Source: Candidatus Micrarchaeota archaeon CG1_02_51_15
GTDB lineage: Archaea; Micrarchaeota; Micrarchaeia; Norongarragalinales; UBA8480
DNA length: 43,265 nt
Direction of reading: 5' to 3'
NCBI GenBank assembly: GCA_001871495.1
Contig: MNVG01000017.1
Coordinates: 1 to 43,265, forward strand
This document shows positions 8,801 through 17,928 of this stretch, in pieces; the first letter of the stretch is position 1, and every line of letters begins with the position of its first letter. The translations under genes were made by a program, and so were the position numbers. A model generated the notes under the pieces. It made no database searches and was not told the DNA's origin. It worked only from the letters and a program-made list of their open reading frames with translations.

Positions 8801-11300
8801 ACCACCTGTCGGAGGCAGAAGTGTCTTCGGGTGCGCGTGATGTTCCGTCTTCGGTTACTGCGTAAGCCGAGTAGTGAAGAGTAATGGTTTCTTTGTTGGC
8901 GTGTTTGACGAACACGGGGACTGTTATTACGTAGGCGCCTGTTGAAAGGTTGTGGAACAACACGTTTTTGAAGAGGCCGTTGGCGGATTCGCCAGAACCA
9001 CATGACGAGCCTGGAAGCGAGTGGGTTGCGGTAATGTCTCCACGTGGAGTGGCGAAGATAGTGTTTTCGTAGTTGAAGTCGTTGCTTCGGAGCACTTCGA
9101 CTCCGTCGTCTATTTTGTCGCCTGCTTGGAAGTAGAATCCGGCTTCGGACGCGCCTTCGGGGACGTTGAGTACGAACGTGAGTTGGTATGCCTTGCCTAT
9201 TTCGAGTGAGTTGACTGTTCTCTGGTCTTCGCCTTTTATTTGAGTCTGCACTTGAGCGGGCGGGCTGACGAGTTGGTCGAAAGTAGTGGGAACTAGTTGG
9301 ACTTCGTGAAGGTAGTAGTATTCGGAGGGCGCGGGGTTGAAGGTTGTTGTTGTTTGGTAGTAGCCTTCGGCGGTTGTGGTTACTGCGTATTGGAGGTTGG
9401 AAAATATTGCTTGCGCGGGGGTGCAGCCGTTGCTGCTGGTTTGCGTGCAGGAAGCGAATTCGGTTGTGCCCAGCCGGTCTACGAAAACGTGGAACGAAGG
9501 ATTGTTTAGGGTGACTGATTGGTTGGTGAACAAGTCGGTTGCTTTGAACAATACCGGCACAATTGGAGGCAGGAGGACTAAGTCGAATTTGTTGACTTCG
9601 GCAGAGAGAGTGGTCAGAGTTGTGTTGGAAACGAAGCCTTCCTTGCGGGCAGTGACGGTTACGCGTTTGCCTGCGGGCAGGTCTGCTACGGTTGCTTTTC
9701 CACGGGAGTCTGTTGGAATGTTGTTAGCTATTGTGATGTAGCCTTCGAGTTTGACTGAAATGTTGGCGTTTGCGTGGCCTCGGCCGTAGAAGTCGGTTAC
9801 GTTGGTTTCTACTATTGCCGAGTTGTTGGCGTTTGATTGAGAGAGCACGAGAGTGTAGTTGGTTTCGCCGCTTAGTTCAATTGGTTCGCTTATGTTGGTG
9901 ACGTAGCCGTTTTGCCTGGCTACTGCAATAAAGGTGAATCCTATTGGAAGGGAGCTGAAGGATGCGTAGCCTGTTGAGTTGACGGTGGTTACGTTGGTCC
10001 ACTGCAGGCCCATTGATTGTTCGTATACGGTTACGGTTGCGCCTGTTGCAACGCGGTTGTTCTGGGTTTTTACTATTATTGATAGGTTGGCTGCGGTTGC
10101 TTCTTCGTCGGGTTCGAATATTGCTTCTTGGAGTGAAACGCTTAGGACGTTGACGCGACCTTGCTCCATTGTCCTGACTTCGGAGTTGTTGGTTACGAAG
10201 CCAAGGGCTTCAACGTGGACGTAGACGCGGGTTCCTGCTTCGACGCGGAACCTTATGTCGTCGGCTGAAGAGCCGGTTGAGAAGTTGTTTATGGTATCGT
10301 CTTCGTTGAGTATGGTTACGTTTGCAAAAGGAACTTCGGTTGGAATCAGTCCGTGGACTCCTCTTACTCTTACTACTAAATCAGAGTACCTTGAAGGCGG
10401 ACTGCCGGGAGTGGGGATGCTTCCGTCGCCTGCAGGCGGCGCAAACTCGATTGCAGACGGTCTGCGGAGGGTAATGTGTTCAACTGCGTTTTGGCGGGCT
10501 ACAAAACGCGTGCTTTTGACGTCGTAACCGTCTTTTGAAGCGGCTACGCTGACTGTAGCGCCACCTGGCACGTTGAATGACGCGCGGCCGTCTTCGTCAG
10601 TGAAAGTAGAGTCGCTTGTTGTGCCTGCTTCGTAAACGAGAGTAGCGTCGGGAACGGGTTGGCCGTCGAATTCTTCTACTTGCACGGTTACCAAAACGTT
10701 TTGGCCGCTTGTTGGCGCAAGAAATCCCAGCCGCGTTGCCAAGTCAATTGCTTCCGGACCTGGCATGCTGCTTAATTGCACGTCGGTGTACTGGCCTGTT
10801 TGCTTGAGTAGTTCCTTCGCGTTTTCCTCGGGAGTAACCACTTTCGGAGACAGTTTTATTGCAAAGGGCTTGTCGGATGCTTTGATTCGCTTTGATGTTT
10901 TTGTAAAACCCGTTTTTTCAACTGCAATAGTCAGTTGGGCGTTGTAAGGAATTTCTTCAAATGAAGCCAGGCCGTTTTCGGTTGTTTCCACCAGTCTTTC
11001 TTGGTCGTATGACAATGTTATTTGCGCGCCGTCGATTGGTTCGTTGTTCGCAATTACGCTTACTGTGAAAGTGACTGAAGAAGGCGCGAGGCCGCCCAGG
11101 GCAAGGAACGCGATTCCGCAAAATAGGAGTAGGAAAAACACTGCGAAGATCGGCAGGGAAGGAATTCCTTTTTCCTCCATTGCGTTCACCAGCTTGTCTA
11201 AGGGAACGTGAAGTTTTTGGGTAACCCAGTCAACTAACGCGTACCACTTGTCTTCGACTTTTGCGTAAAAACCGGTTTCCTGAACCCCTTCATCCGCCAT
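5868..11300 (-). CDS. Giant (~1810 aa) membrane-anchored surface glycoprotein with carboxypeptidase-regulatory-like (transthyretin-like) repeats and a Cys-rich C-terminus
   Basis: N-terminal TM; repeated 'PI.GA.I....T...G.A.F......V.A.K.GY' modules; many N-x-S/T sequons; CG..GQPCC type repeats at the end. Start taken at ATG 11300 (MADEG). Confidence 0.85.
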   Translation of the reverse strand: MADEGVQETGFYAKVEDKWYALVDWVTQKLHVPLDKLVNAMEEKGIPSLPIFAVFFLLLFCGIAFLALGGLAPSSVTFTVSVIANNEPIDGAQITLSYDQERLVETTENGLASFEEIPYNAQLTIAVEKTGFTKTSKRIKASDKPFAIKLSPKVVTPEENAKELLKQTGQYTDVQLSSMPGPEAIDLATRLGFLAPTSGQNVLVTVQVEEFDGQPVPDATLVYEAGTTSDSTFTDEDGRASFNVPGGATVSVAASKDGYDVKSTRFVARQNAVEHITLRRPSAIEFAPPAGDGSIPTPGSPPSRYSDLVVRVRGVHGLIPTEVPFANVTILNEDDTINNFSTGSSADDIRFRVEAGTRVYVHVEALGFVTNNSEVRTMEQGRVNVLSVSLQEAIFEPDEEATAANLSIIVKTQNNRVATGATVTVYEQSMGLQWTNVTTVNSTGYASFSSLPIGFTFIAVARQNGYVTNISEPIELSGETNYTLVLSQSNANNSAIVETNVTDFYGRGHANANISVKLEGYITIANNIPTDSRGKATVADLPAGKRVTVTARKEGFVSNTTLTTLSAEVNKFDLVLLPPIVPVLFKATDLFTNQSVTLNNPSFHVFVDRLGTTEFASCTQTSSNGCTPAQAIFSNLQYAVTTTAEGYYQTTTTFNPAPSEYYYLHEVQLVPTTFDQLVSPPAQVQTQIKGEDQRTVNSLEIGKAYQLTFVLNVPEGASEAGFYFQAGDKIDDGVEVLRSNDFNYENTIFATPRGDITATHSLPGSSCGSGESANGLFKNVLFHNLSTGAYVITVPVFVKHANKETITLHYSAYAVTEDGTSRAPEDTSASDRWCKHDSYNITLTVTDPAPRSHKFNCGVQACIDISYSQEGGAPQGGDGYAAQLGSENPLNIRYTITDFNPSSPDEPTGIKLTVQEDKLRLDPTDPNTRNQRTVNVSTRQLNQGRYNAPALLAWVQGTGLADLLYDYSSKMPQLQSYILLYTPALSISSNTYYISYDEEEQMLSLKVKNPEGQLVLPTEVSGEWSHSANGVDDDTILLFTDPIMPADAVYLELDYDSLPINCRDTELMLTTEPIGQETRGCFNYDNTKKLLKYDASNPNPFGSCALYNISPNQVTEYPRSSSTDGGIIRFNIPCLGVTSTSFKLQVKKNPAQITAWDNRPAGDVPAVYKSNMKDLGYAPAGCEFIAPLVYVIVNNRQWGSIEYPHLAFGTEPNLYLQSLTDKLTNTGAYAYVANENAQQKLLLASSYVNIEGMSIDLNRRQVREILEKTVFRRSEHNALASAAARGFPFSAFTASSSRQIRYYWGSTSVASTDSASDYVTNYAEASACEAQRNRGVFIKNMAPRENTWQAELPAWDTRAQVVSLSASQYHQSPESKCGFARTPSVIAPASGELPEAAASGDAAPVASAGTNVTLCGTGYWTCGGGCVLPKPLAVPRTSLRVDEVQCARDSLVKDLPGVSLSSLIYNGNRGAERVNSREAERFGFPSSGSYGNELTYAAKYFYDEASSPSWYSGENFGQATQMPLPILDMYFLHQPTCMLFRYWKRGVIATENCEWLCVSDFLSFQVYDWINPFTGYFNTTFICPSATIHYIDGQKCKQEFADQIMADWGLEGAFSLVSPNNRVTLEIPTVFQDKTLFFKAGTVLKGGEMHGVYGRNELCETGSEWTGRRTQTINVQGRCDLFKLQGECIYTNREGSSVCEGGCGNDGQPCCQSSGEEKYCLNGLFCNNNFCSPESASCGKRGDTPCSGSPADCPVGDTDGCCNPLAELYPNGVAYVNEPSGTCQWRCAEGFSINGDRDPEKAPSACVSGD

Positions 11301-11411
11301 AACATAAACCCCTTTTTTCAGACTGTAAACGCTGAAGAACATTCACGAAACCGGCAATAAAAAAGGTATTGTTTTAAAGAAAAGTTGGGCGACGGAACAA
11401 AAACGAGTTGT

Positions 11412-13403
11412 TTACCTGCTTTTTACGCGTTCGGCTTCTGCGAGCCTGGCTTCTGCTTCGGCGAGTTCCTTTTGCTTCATGTCGTATGCTTTTTGGTAAG
11501 TCAAAGGGTCGATTTCACGTTTCATCAAGCGGTATTTAAGCATCTTCATGTCGTTGAGTATGCTCTGCCTCCTTGAAGCAAGCCGTTCTTTGTAAGTCAC
11601 AATGTCTTCAATCTTGCGTATTGCAAAATACACCATTGCCAAGAACAGTAACGCGGCAATTGCAGCCAATGCGTAAAAAGAATAGTCCGACCCCCTTTGG
11701 ACCAACTGCACTTTAGCCGATTCGCCAGGAGTAAGGAACACTTCCACTTCCTTCTTGGCACCCACTGCATTAGTCAAACGGACTACGTAACGACCTTGGA
11801 CCGGCGGTTCAATGTTACAATCAACCACGTAACCACCGTTACGAGGAGACAACAAGCACCCGCAGTAACTCGCCGTATTGTCGAAAGGCGCGTCGCACAC
11901 TACACTCCTCAATTCAACGTCAGAAGAAAGAACTGCACTCACGCTCGTTGCAGCGTCCATTATAGTTACGCGCGGCGAAACCACTACCTCGCCCACTGAA
12001 ACATTGGCTTCGTCGTTACGGCCCGAGTTAGAAAAAGCAGGAGAATCGCCTTCGGAAACAATTCCGGGAGTCGCAACAACAGTCGCAATAGGCGTAGGCG
12101 ACGGTCTTATTGCAACGTTGTTTAAAGAGTTACTGCAGCTAACGCCGTTAACCTTGGCGCCTACAGTAAACAACGCAGCAGAACTATAGACGCAAGAAGC
12201 ATTACACGCTCCGCTCGAACAAGTTGCCGCGACAGTATCGCCGTTGCCGCACACCACTTCAGCACTTGAAACCGAGGCAACATTCCCGTATTCGACTAAA
12301 ACGTACGTGGTCCCGCCCGCTTCTCCAGTCGAAGGTTGCACGCGGCAAAACCCCACGCCAGGCGATACCGACGGCCCGACAGTAGGACGAGGCGTTGCAG
12401 TTGCTCCGGGCCTAGGAGTAGCAGTAGACGCCGGAATAGGAACCGCAGTAGGAACCGGCGTTGGAACTGGCGTTGGAACTGGCGTCGAACCTATTGGCGA
12501 AACCACAACGTTGTTTGCAGAATTACTGCAGTCAGTCGAACCCAAATGCGCACCTGCAGTAAAACTGCCTGCCAAAGCATAATTGCAAAACGCAGTGCAG
12601 ACGCCTCCACTGCACGAAGCAACAGGCGAAACGCCGTTACCGCAAGATACAGTTCCCGACGGCGTGGCTAAAAAGTTCGTGTAATCCACTGAAACCACCG
12701 TCGAACTGCCTGCAACGCCGGAAGCAGCGCGCACGCTGCAAGACGGCGCAACTGGAAGCGGCGCGGGAACCGCAGTAGTAACGAACGTCGACGCACTGCT
12801 GTAGCCAACGTTGTGCGCCGCGTCTTCGCACTGCACGCGGTAATAGTAAGTAGTGCTTGCGACCAAGCCGCTTAGTTCGACTGAAGTTGCAGATGCAGCC
12901 GAATGCGTGCCGCGCGCAACAGTTGTTCCGTAGTCGACGAAGCACGAATACGCCGAGGGTTCGATGACGCTCCAACTAACTGTTGCGCCGTTAAAACTAG
13001 TTGAAACAGCCCCTAAAGAAACAACTGGGGCAGTAACGTCGCCTGCAGGAGGCTCCGGAGTAGGCGTTGCCGCAGCCGTAACCGTGACTACGGCGGAACC
13101 GCAGGAGTCGTAATCAACAGCACATACATCAGCTATTACAGAATAGGAATAATATCGCGCGGCCGCCGTAAAGCTTCCTGCCGCGACATAGTTGCAGGAA
13201 AACGAAGTTACTCTTACAACCGACACCCAGTCGAGGGCTGGACTACATTTATATTGCAGCATGCAAACAGATTCGCTTGGAACTATATTCAGTGCCACCG
13301 CCGTTCCTGCAGTAGTAGAATACGCCGCGGGAGAGAAGGAGCAGGCTGCAAACACGAAAGCGCTTGCAAACAACAGTGACAACGCCACTACAAAACTGCG
13401 CAT
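11412..13403 (-). CDS. Surface protein: signal peptide, Cys-rich domain, FN3, two Cys-rich repeats around a Pro/Thr linker, TM, cytoplasmic helical tail
   Basis: FN3 (VELSGLVASTTYYYRVQC); two ~83-aa repeats each with CGNG...C..G.C...C.Y...CSNS.NNV; TPVP linker; TM followed by a charged coiled-coil/SHOCT-like tail. Confidence 0.85.
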   Translation of the reverse strand: MRSFVVALSLLFASAFVFAACSFSPAAYSTTAGTAVALNIVPSESVCMLQYKCSPALDWVSVVRVTSFSCNYVAAGSFTAAARYYSYSVIADVCAVDYDSCGSAVVTVTAAATPTPEPPAGDVTAPVVSLGAVSTSFNGATVSWSVIEPSAYSCFVDYGTTVARGTHSAASATSVELSGLVASTTYYYRVQCEDAAHNVGYSSASTFVTTAVPAPLPVAPSCSVRAASGVAGSSTVVSVDYTNFLATPSGTVSCGNGVSPVASCSGGVCTAFCNYALAGSFTAGAHLGSTDCSNSANNVVVSPIGSTPVPTPVPTPVPTAVPIPASTATPRPGATATPRPTVGPSVSPGVGFCRVQPSTGEAGGTTYVLVEYGNVASVSSAEVVCGNGDTVAATCSSGACNASCVYSSAALFTVGAKVNGVSCSNSLNNVAIRPSPTPIATVVATPGIVSEGDSPAFSNSGRNDEANVSVGEVVVSPRVTIMDAATSVSAVLSSDVELRSVVCDAPFDNTASYCGCLLSPRNGGYVVDCNIEPPVQGRYVVRLTNAVGAKKEVEVFLTPGESAKVQLVQRGSDYSFYALAAIAALLFLAMVYFAIRKIEDIVTYKERLASRRQSILNDMKMLKYRLMKREIDPLTYQKAYDMKQKELAEAEARLAEAERVKSR
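12439..12486. repeat. Four imperfect 12-bp tandem repeats encoding a TPVP linker
   Basis: ggaaccgcagta ggaaccggcgtt ggaactggcgtt ggaactggcgtc. Confidence 0.9.
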
Positions 13404-13634
13404 ACGACTATTAAGAGGAAGGACCTTCTTTTAAAAACTTGGTTTAAAGCCGCATTACAGCTAAACGAATTGTAGCGCAAAACTCTTCTTTGAGACCCTA
13501 AAACAATTATTTTATAGTCGGACTAAACCGTTTCACCTCGACACTAAGACTGCAATAATGCAGGATGCCAATCTGCCAAACTGCACCTTACCCACAAGCT
13601 GCGGAAACGACTGGAAATGTAGTTTGCAACTGTC

Positions 13635-16600
13635 TTATGTCGAGCGGTAAAGCACTCCATTGTAGTGACTGGGGTCTACTTCCGCGTTAGCGCCAAGATA
13701 AATTTTGCCTCCGAATTCGGCGAACACAGGGGCGCTGCCGTTTACGGCAAAGATGCTTTTCCAAGTAGCGCCGCCGTCACTGCTTTCGTAAATTAAAGTA
13801 TAGTAATTGGTTCCGGATGGGCGTCCTGCGCCGTATGCCTTCGTCCCTGCTTTTAACAACGGAATGCTGCTCACACTGCTGCCGGAAAACGTGTCCTGCC
13901 AAGCTAACGCATTATTGCTTTTTTGGAAAGCGGACGGAACCAATGAACTTGATTCGAGCAAAACGGTGCTGTTGAACGTCAACAAATTCATTGCGGAGTT
14001 CGCCCGGACGTCACGAGTGCGATAGGCGTCGCAGGACTCGTAATAGTTCTTGTTGCACCACACATCCTCGAAACCAACTCCGTTCAATCCAGCGTAAAGC
14101 TGGTTATTGAACACCGTGAAACTATTTACTGCATTCGCAGAAACGGTCCAGTAAATGTCCCAAGCTGCGTCATTGCCCCAAGCCGACACGCTGTACAATA
14201 TGCGTGCGCGCGTGCCTATTGTTCCATTCTTCATTCCAAGGAAACGCAGCGTAATTAGTTCGTGCGTAATCGGATCGGCGTAATTATATTCTGCTATTGA
14301 ACGAATGTCACCCTCTACCGTAAAATTAACGAGGTTATTCCAACTGCCGTCCGCGTTACGGCGGTATAATTGGCCATAGTCGAGCCCTGTTCCAGCAAAT
14401 AGTTTGCCGTCCAACACTCCAAAAGATCGTATAAACCGGTCGTTCACCACTACTTCGTCCCGGTAAGTGCTTCCGTCAGTTGAAACTATTTTAGCGCGAG
14501 TGCTGCTCGGATAATTATAAGTTCCCAAGTATAACCTCCCTGAGAAGGACTGCATAGCTATCACTCCAAAATCCAACCCCGTGTCTCTCACGAGTTCGAA
14601 CGCGACTGGTGTTCGAAAGGTTGCTTCAGAGGTGTTGGTGCAGTTTGAGCGCGCATCGCAGGATTCGATTATGTAGTGGTAGAGCGAGTCAGGCTGCAAA
14701 TCGTAGAGTGTTTGGTTGTGAGTGCGCGTGCTTGTTGCGTTGGTTACTAACAAACGCGTCGTATTCCAATAATATACTGTAGACGTGGCGTCGCGGTCAG
14801 TAACCCAGTTAAGCATTCCCTGTTGACCCAGCGTGCCATTCGTGTAATTCCAGTACGCGCCTGAGGCAATAGGTGCGGCGGAGTCGGTTACGGTTAAGCG
14901 ACGCGAAGCATAGGCCGATGCGTAGTTGTCGTTGCCTGCAAACGACGCGTTGTAAACCAGTACTCCTGCTACTACAGGCGTGCGCGCAACCGAGCGCGGG
15001 GACGCTCCTGAAGAGATTACCGCGTCGTTTTCAGTAAGGGTTACGTCGCCTGCAACTGAGAGCGTGGAAGCAATTGTAACGCGAGTGCCGATTTCAACGC
15101 TCAAGTCGGATTCTTCTCCGTTCAAAGAAATGGTTATCGACGGAGTTGCTCTTGCAACGCGCAGCATCAGCGGCGCTGCTGCGGCCGCAGAGTAGTTTTG
15201 GGTTTCGATTGAAGTGCAGGCGTATTCATAGGTTCCCGCATTCAAAGTGGCAGCATGGGGATTCGACACGCCCACTGCGTCGCGCGTCAAACGCGGCGAA
15301 ACCTGGGTTGAAGACGCAGTACATCGCACGTTTGTTGCAGTGCCGTAAGTAACCGAATCGGAGGGAGTTGCTTCAATAGAGAGAACCGGAGCAGCCTTGT
15401 TTACAGTTAACCAGTGCATTGCCGAAGAAGAAGAGTGCGCGACGTCGGCGCGCGTGAACGCCGAAACGTTCCAGAGTCCTGCACGGAGAACAAGTAAAGA
15501 CGGGTTGGAAATTACCGTGCCGTTTAGGTATAGCGTAACTGCGGAACCGGTTGTTGAAGCAGCCAAGTTGGCTGCATCGCCGTAATCTATTACCCTATCA
15601 GAGTTGAAGCCGTTTATAGTAACCATTGTTATTGTTGGCAGGCGAGAGTCGACTATCAAAGTCGCCGGAGCGGCGGTTGCGGCAGTGTAATTCTGGGTTT
15701 GAATTGAAGTACAAGCATAGTTGTAAGAGCCTGAAGCAAGCGTGGCAACGTCAGGGTTTGAAACCAGAGCGCCGTTGCGCGTCAAACGCGGCGTTATTTC
15801 AGACGCGGAAGCAGTGCATTGCACGCGCGTTTCGGTCCCAGGAACAACAGTCGAAGTAGGGGCTATTGATATTGAAAGCATTGGAGTTGCACGGTTTACA
15901 TTAAGCCAGTGCATTGCCGAAGAAGAAGAGTGCGCGACGTCGGCGCGCGTGAACGCCGAAACATTAAACCTTCCGGCCGCAAGGCCGAGTAAAGACGGGT
16001 TGGGAATTGCACGGCCGTCTAAGTAAAGCGATACGCTAGAACCCGTGGTTGAAGCAGCGAGGGTTGCGCCGTCGCCGTAGTTTGTCGTCTGGTCAGCGTC
16101 AATGCCGTTTATCGTAACAGTAGTGGCAGTTGGAGTTACTGAATCGGCGGTAACTATTATTGTTAAAGGAGCCGCGGTTGTTGCAGTAAAGTTTTGGGTT
16201 TCTGCAGAAGTGCATGAATAATCGTGCGAACCTGCAGAGAGCACGGTTCGTTCGGGGTTGGATACTACCCGGCCCGCGCGCATCAAACGCGGAGTGACTT
16301 GCGAGCCAATCCAACCTGATGTTATGGGTACGAAACATTCTACTTGGGTTGTTGTTCCGGATGCAACTGTTGTTCCTGGTTTTGCATTAATGCGTAGCAC
16401 CGGAATTGTTCTGGTCACTTCAAAGGTTAACGGAACGTCGCGGCTTATCGTGCGCAATATTCCGCTGTCGATGTATTGTAATGAAGCCCTTACTGAAAAC
16501 GATTGCGAACCGACGCGATAGTATGGAAGCTGGAATTCGGTGGAGACTCCGTTCAACGCATTGCCCAAGCGGGTCACGCGGCTTCCTTGCACTAAATCAA

Positions 16601-16880
16601 TCGGGTATGAAAAGCTGCCGCCGGTCACCCTGACGCGTACACGGCTGGGTTGTGAAGCATAATTTATTGGAGAGATTACGACTGAAGCGCCTACTGAATC
16701 AAGCAACGGAATTCGTTCGACAGGCGGTTGTTTAACCGGCGCAACGACGACTTTCCCAATTCCGGGAATTAATTTCGAAGTACTTGCGCTCCAAGCATCT
16801 GCAAACTGTGCAGTTGCAAAAACCGATAATACTACCGCTAACACTATTACATATACATATGCTTTCAACCCACTGCCCAC
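13635..16880 (-). CDS. Large secreted protein: Ig-like A-B-A-B-A repeats, FN3 domain, C-terminal beta-propeller-like region
   Basis: Signal peptide; 165-aa periodicity; FN3 (LYDLQPDSLYHYII); blade-like motifs FSGRLYLGT, LDGKLFAGT, FNNQLYAG, FGGKIYLG and an Asp-box-like SSDGGATW. Confidence 0.85.
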   Translation of the reverse strand: MGSGLKAYVYVIVLAVVLSVFATAQFADAWSASTSKLIPGIGKVVVAPVKQPPVERIPLLDSVGASVVISPINYASQPSRVRVRVTGGSFSYPIDLVQGSRVTRLGNALNGVSTEFQLPYYRVGSQSFSVRASLQYIDSGILRTISRDVPLTFEVTRTIPVLRINAKPGTTVASGTTTQVECFVPITSGWIGSQVTPRLMRAGRVVSNPERTVLSAGSHDYSCTSAETQNFTATTAAPLTIIVTADSVTPTATTVTINGIDADQTTNYGDGATLAASTTGSSVSLYLDGRAIPNPSLLGLAAGRFNVSAFTRADVAHSSSSAMHWLNVNRATPMLSISIAPTSTVVPGTETRVQCTASASEITPRLTRNGALVSNPDVATLASGSYNYACTSIQTQNYTAATAAPATLIVDSRLPTITMVTINGFNSDRVIDYGDAANLAASTTGSAVTLYLNGTVISNPSLLVLRAGLWNVSAFTRADVAHSSSSAMHWLTVNKAAPVLSIEATPSDSVTYGTATNVRCTASSTQVSPRLTRDAVGVSNPHAATLNAGTYEYACTSIETQNYSAAAAAPLMLRVARATPSITISLNGEESDLSVEIGTRVTIASTLSVAGDVTLTENDAVISSGASPRSVARTPVVAGVLVYNASFAGNDNYASAYASRRLTVTDSAAPIASGAYWNYTNGTLGQQGMLNWVTDRDATSTVYYWNTTRLLVTNATSTRTHNQTLYDLQPDSLYHYIIESCDARSNCTNTSEATFRTPVAFELVRDTGLDFGVIAMQSFSGRLYLGTYNYPSSTRAKIVSTDGSTYRDEVVVNDRFIRSFGVLDGKLFAGTGLDYGQLYRRNADGSWNNLVNFTVEGDIRSIAEYNYADPITHELITLRFLGMKNGTIGTRARILYSVSAWGNDAAWDIYWTVSANAVNSFTVFNNQLYAGLNGVGFEDVWCNKNYYESCDAYRTRDVRANSAMNLLTFNSTVLLESSSLVPSAFQKSNNALAWQDTFSGSSVSSIPLLKAGTKAYGAGRPSGTNYYTLIYESSDGGATWKSIFAVNGSAPVFAEFGGKIYLGANAEVDPSHYNGVLYRST
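15411..15962. repeat. Perfect 57-bp direct repeat (15411-15467 and 15906-15962) inside diverged 495-bp intragenic repeats
   Basis: ccagtgcattgccgaagaagaagagtgcgcgacgtcggcgcgcgtgaacgccgaaac occurs twice, 495 nt apart. Confidence 0.95.
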
Positions 16881-16966
16881 CTCTGAACAATTAGAGTTGA
16901 ACTAATGATTATTAAACCTAACTAACTTCGTTGGAAATTGGACAAGTTCGGGCGAAAATTTGAAGT

Positions 16967-16987
16967 AAACCCGCGTTTACGGGTTTT
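16967..16987. terminator. Hairpin just past the porB stop
   Basis: aaacccg-cgttta-cgggttt inverted repeat. Confidence 0.4.
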
Positions 16988-17904
16988 CAAAGTATTTTGC
17001 TTAGGTTTACTGCGCTTGTTTCGAGTTTGTCGAGTTCGGTTTGGTTGGCGTTGATGCGTTGTTGGATGTCGGCGACTTGTTCGGGTTTCAAGTGTTTGAA
17101 GCGGCCTTGCATTTTCAAGTAGTTTTCAACTGGTTCGATTTGCTTGGGTTTTACGGTCCGGTGGAAAACTCCGTTTTCTATTTCGTATAGGTTCCACATT
17201 CCGGTGTTCACGGCTTTCCGTGCTACTTCGATTGAGAGTGATGGCTCGTGTTTCCAGCCTAGTTGGCAGCCTGCGAACAGGGTTATTATACGGAAGCCTT
17301 TGATTGCCTTGGCTTTCTCGATTTTTTTCTTCAAATCGGAAAGGAAGGCGATTGATGCAGTGGCCGCGTAGGGCACGCCGTGCGAAGCAGCGATGAATGA
17401 AACGTTTTTTTTCCACTCGCTTTTTCCGCCGACTTCCTTGGGAGAAGTGGTGGTTGCAGCGTATTTGGGCGTGGCGCCCGAGCGTTGGATGCCCGTGTTT
17501 TCGTAGGCTTCGTTGTCGTAGCAGAAGTAAATCATGTCTTCGTTTCTCTCCATTGCTCCGCTTAGTGCTCCGAATCCGATGTCGTAGGTTGAACCGTCGC
17601 CGCCTATTACTACCGGAATTGCGTTGCTGCCGCGTTTTTTCAATGCGCGCGTTACGCCCGAGGCTACTGCGGGCGCGTTTTCAAAGAGGCTGTGGACAAC
17701 AGGGACGCCCCAACAATTGTCAGGATAGCCTGTTGAGACTACTTCCATGCAGCCGGTTGCAAGCGAGACTACGATATTCGGGCCGAGGTTGAAGAGTATG
17801 GAACGGATGGCTACGGCCGAACCGCAGCCGGCGCAGGCGCCGTGGCCTTTTGAAAACAGTTGCGGCTTTGTAGGCGCCGCTGTTTTTGTTTGGGTTTCGG
17901 GCAT
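16987..17904 (-). CDS. porB: Pyruvate:ferredoxin oxidoreductase beta subunit
   Basis: GHGACAGCG, ATGC, FENA, TPP-binding GGDG...YDNEAY.NTG.QRS. Confidence 0.95.
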   Translation of the reverse strand: MPETQTKTAAPTKPQLFSKGHGACAGCGSAVAIRSILFNLGPNIVVSLATGCMEVVSTGYPDNCWGVPVVHSLFENAPAVASGVTRALKKRGSNAIPVVIGGDGSTYDIGFGALSGAMERNEDMIYFCYDNEAYENTGIQRSGATPKYAATTTSPKEVGGKSEWKKNVSFIAASHGVPYAATASIAFLSDLKKKIEKAKAIKGFRIITLFAGCQLGWKHEPSLSIEVARKAVNTGMWNLYEIENGVFHRTVKPKQIEPVENYLKMQGRFKHLKPEQVADIQQRINANQTELDKLETSAVNLSKIL

Positions 17905-17928
17905 TTGTCAAATCACTTTCCGTTTTTT

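Noticed and set aside
13404-13634. Possible ncRNA or small ORF in the 230-bp gap
   Set aside because: No convincing stems, known motif or coding signal beyond TATA-like elements.
12439-15962. CRISPR-like arrays
   Set aside because: The only repeats are in-frame coding repeats (12-bp linker, 495-bp domain units); no repeat-spacer periodicity and no cas genes.
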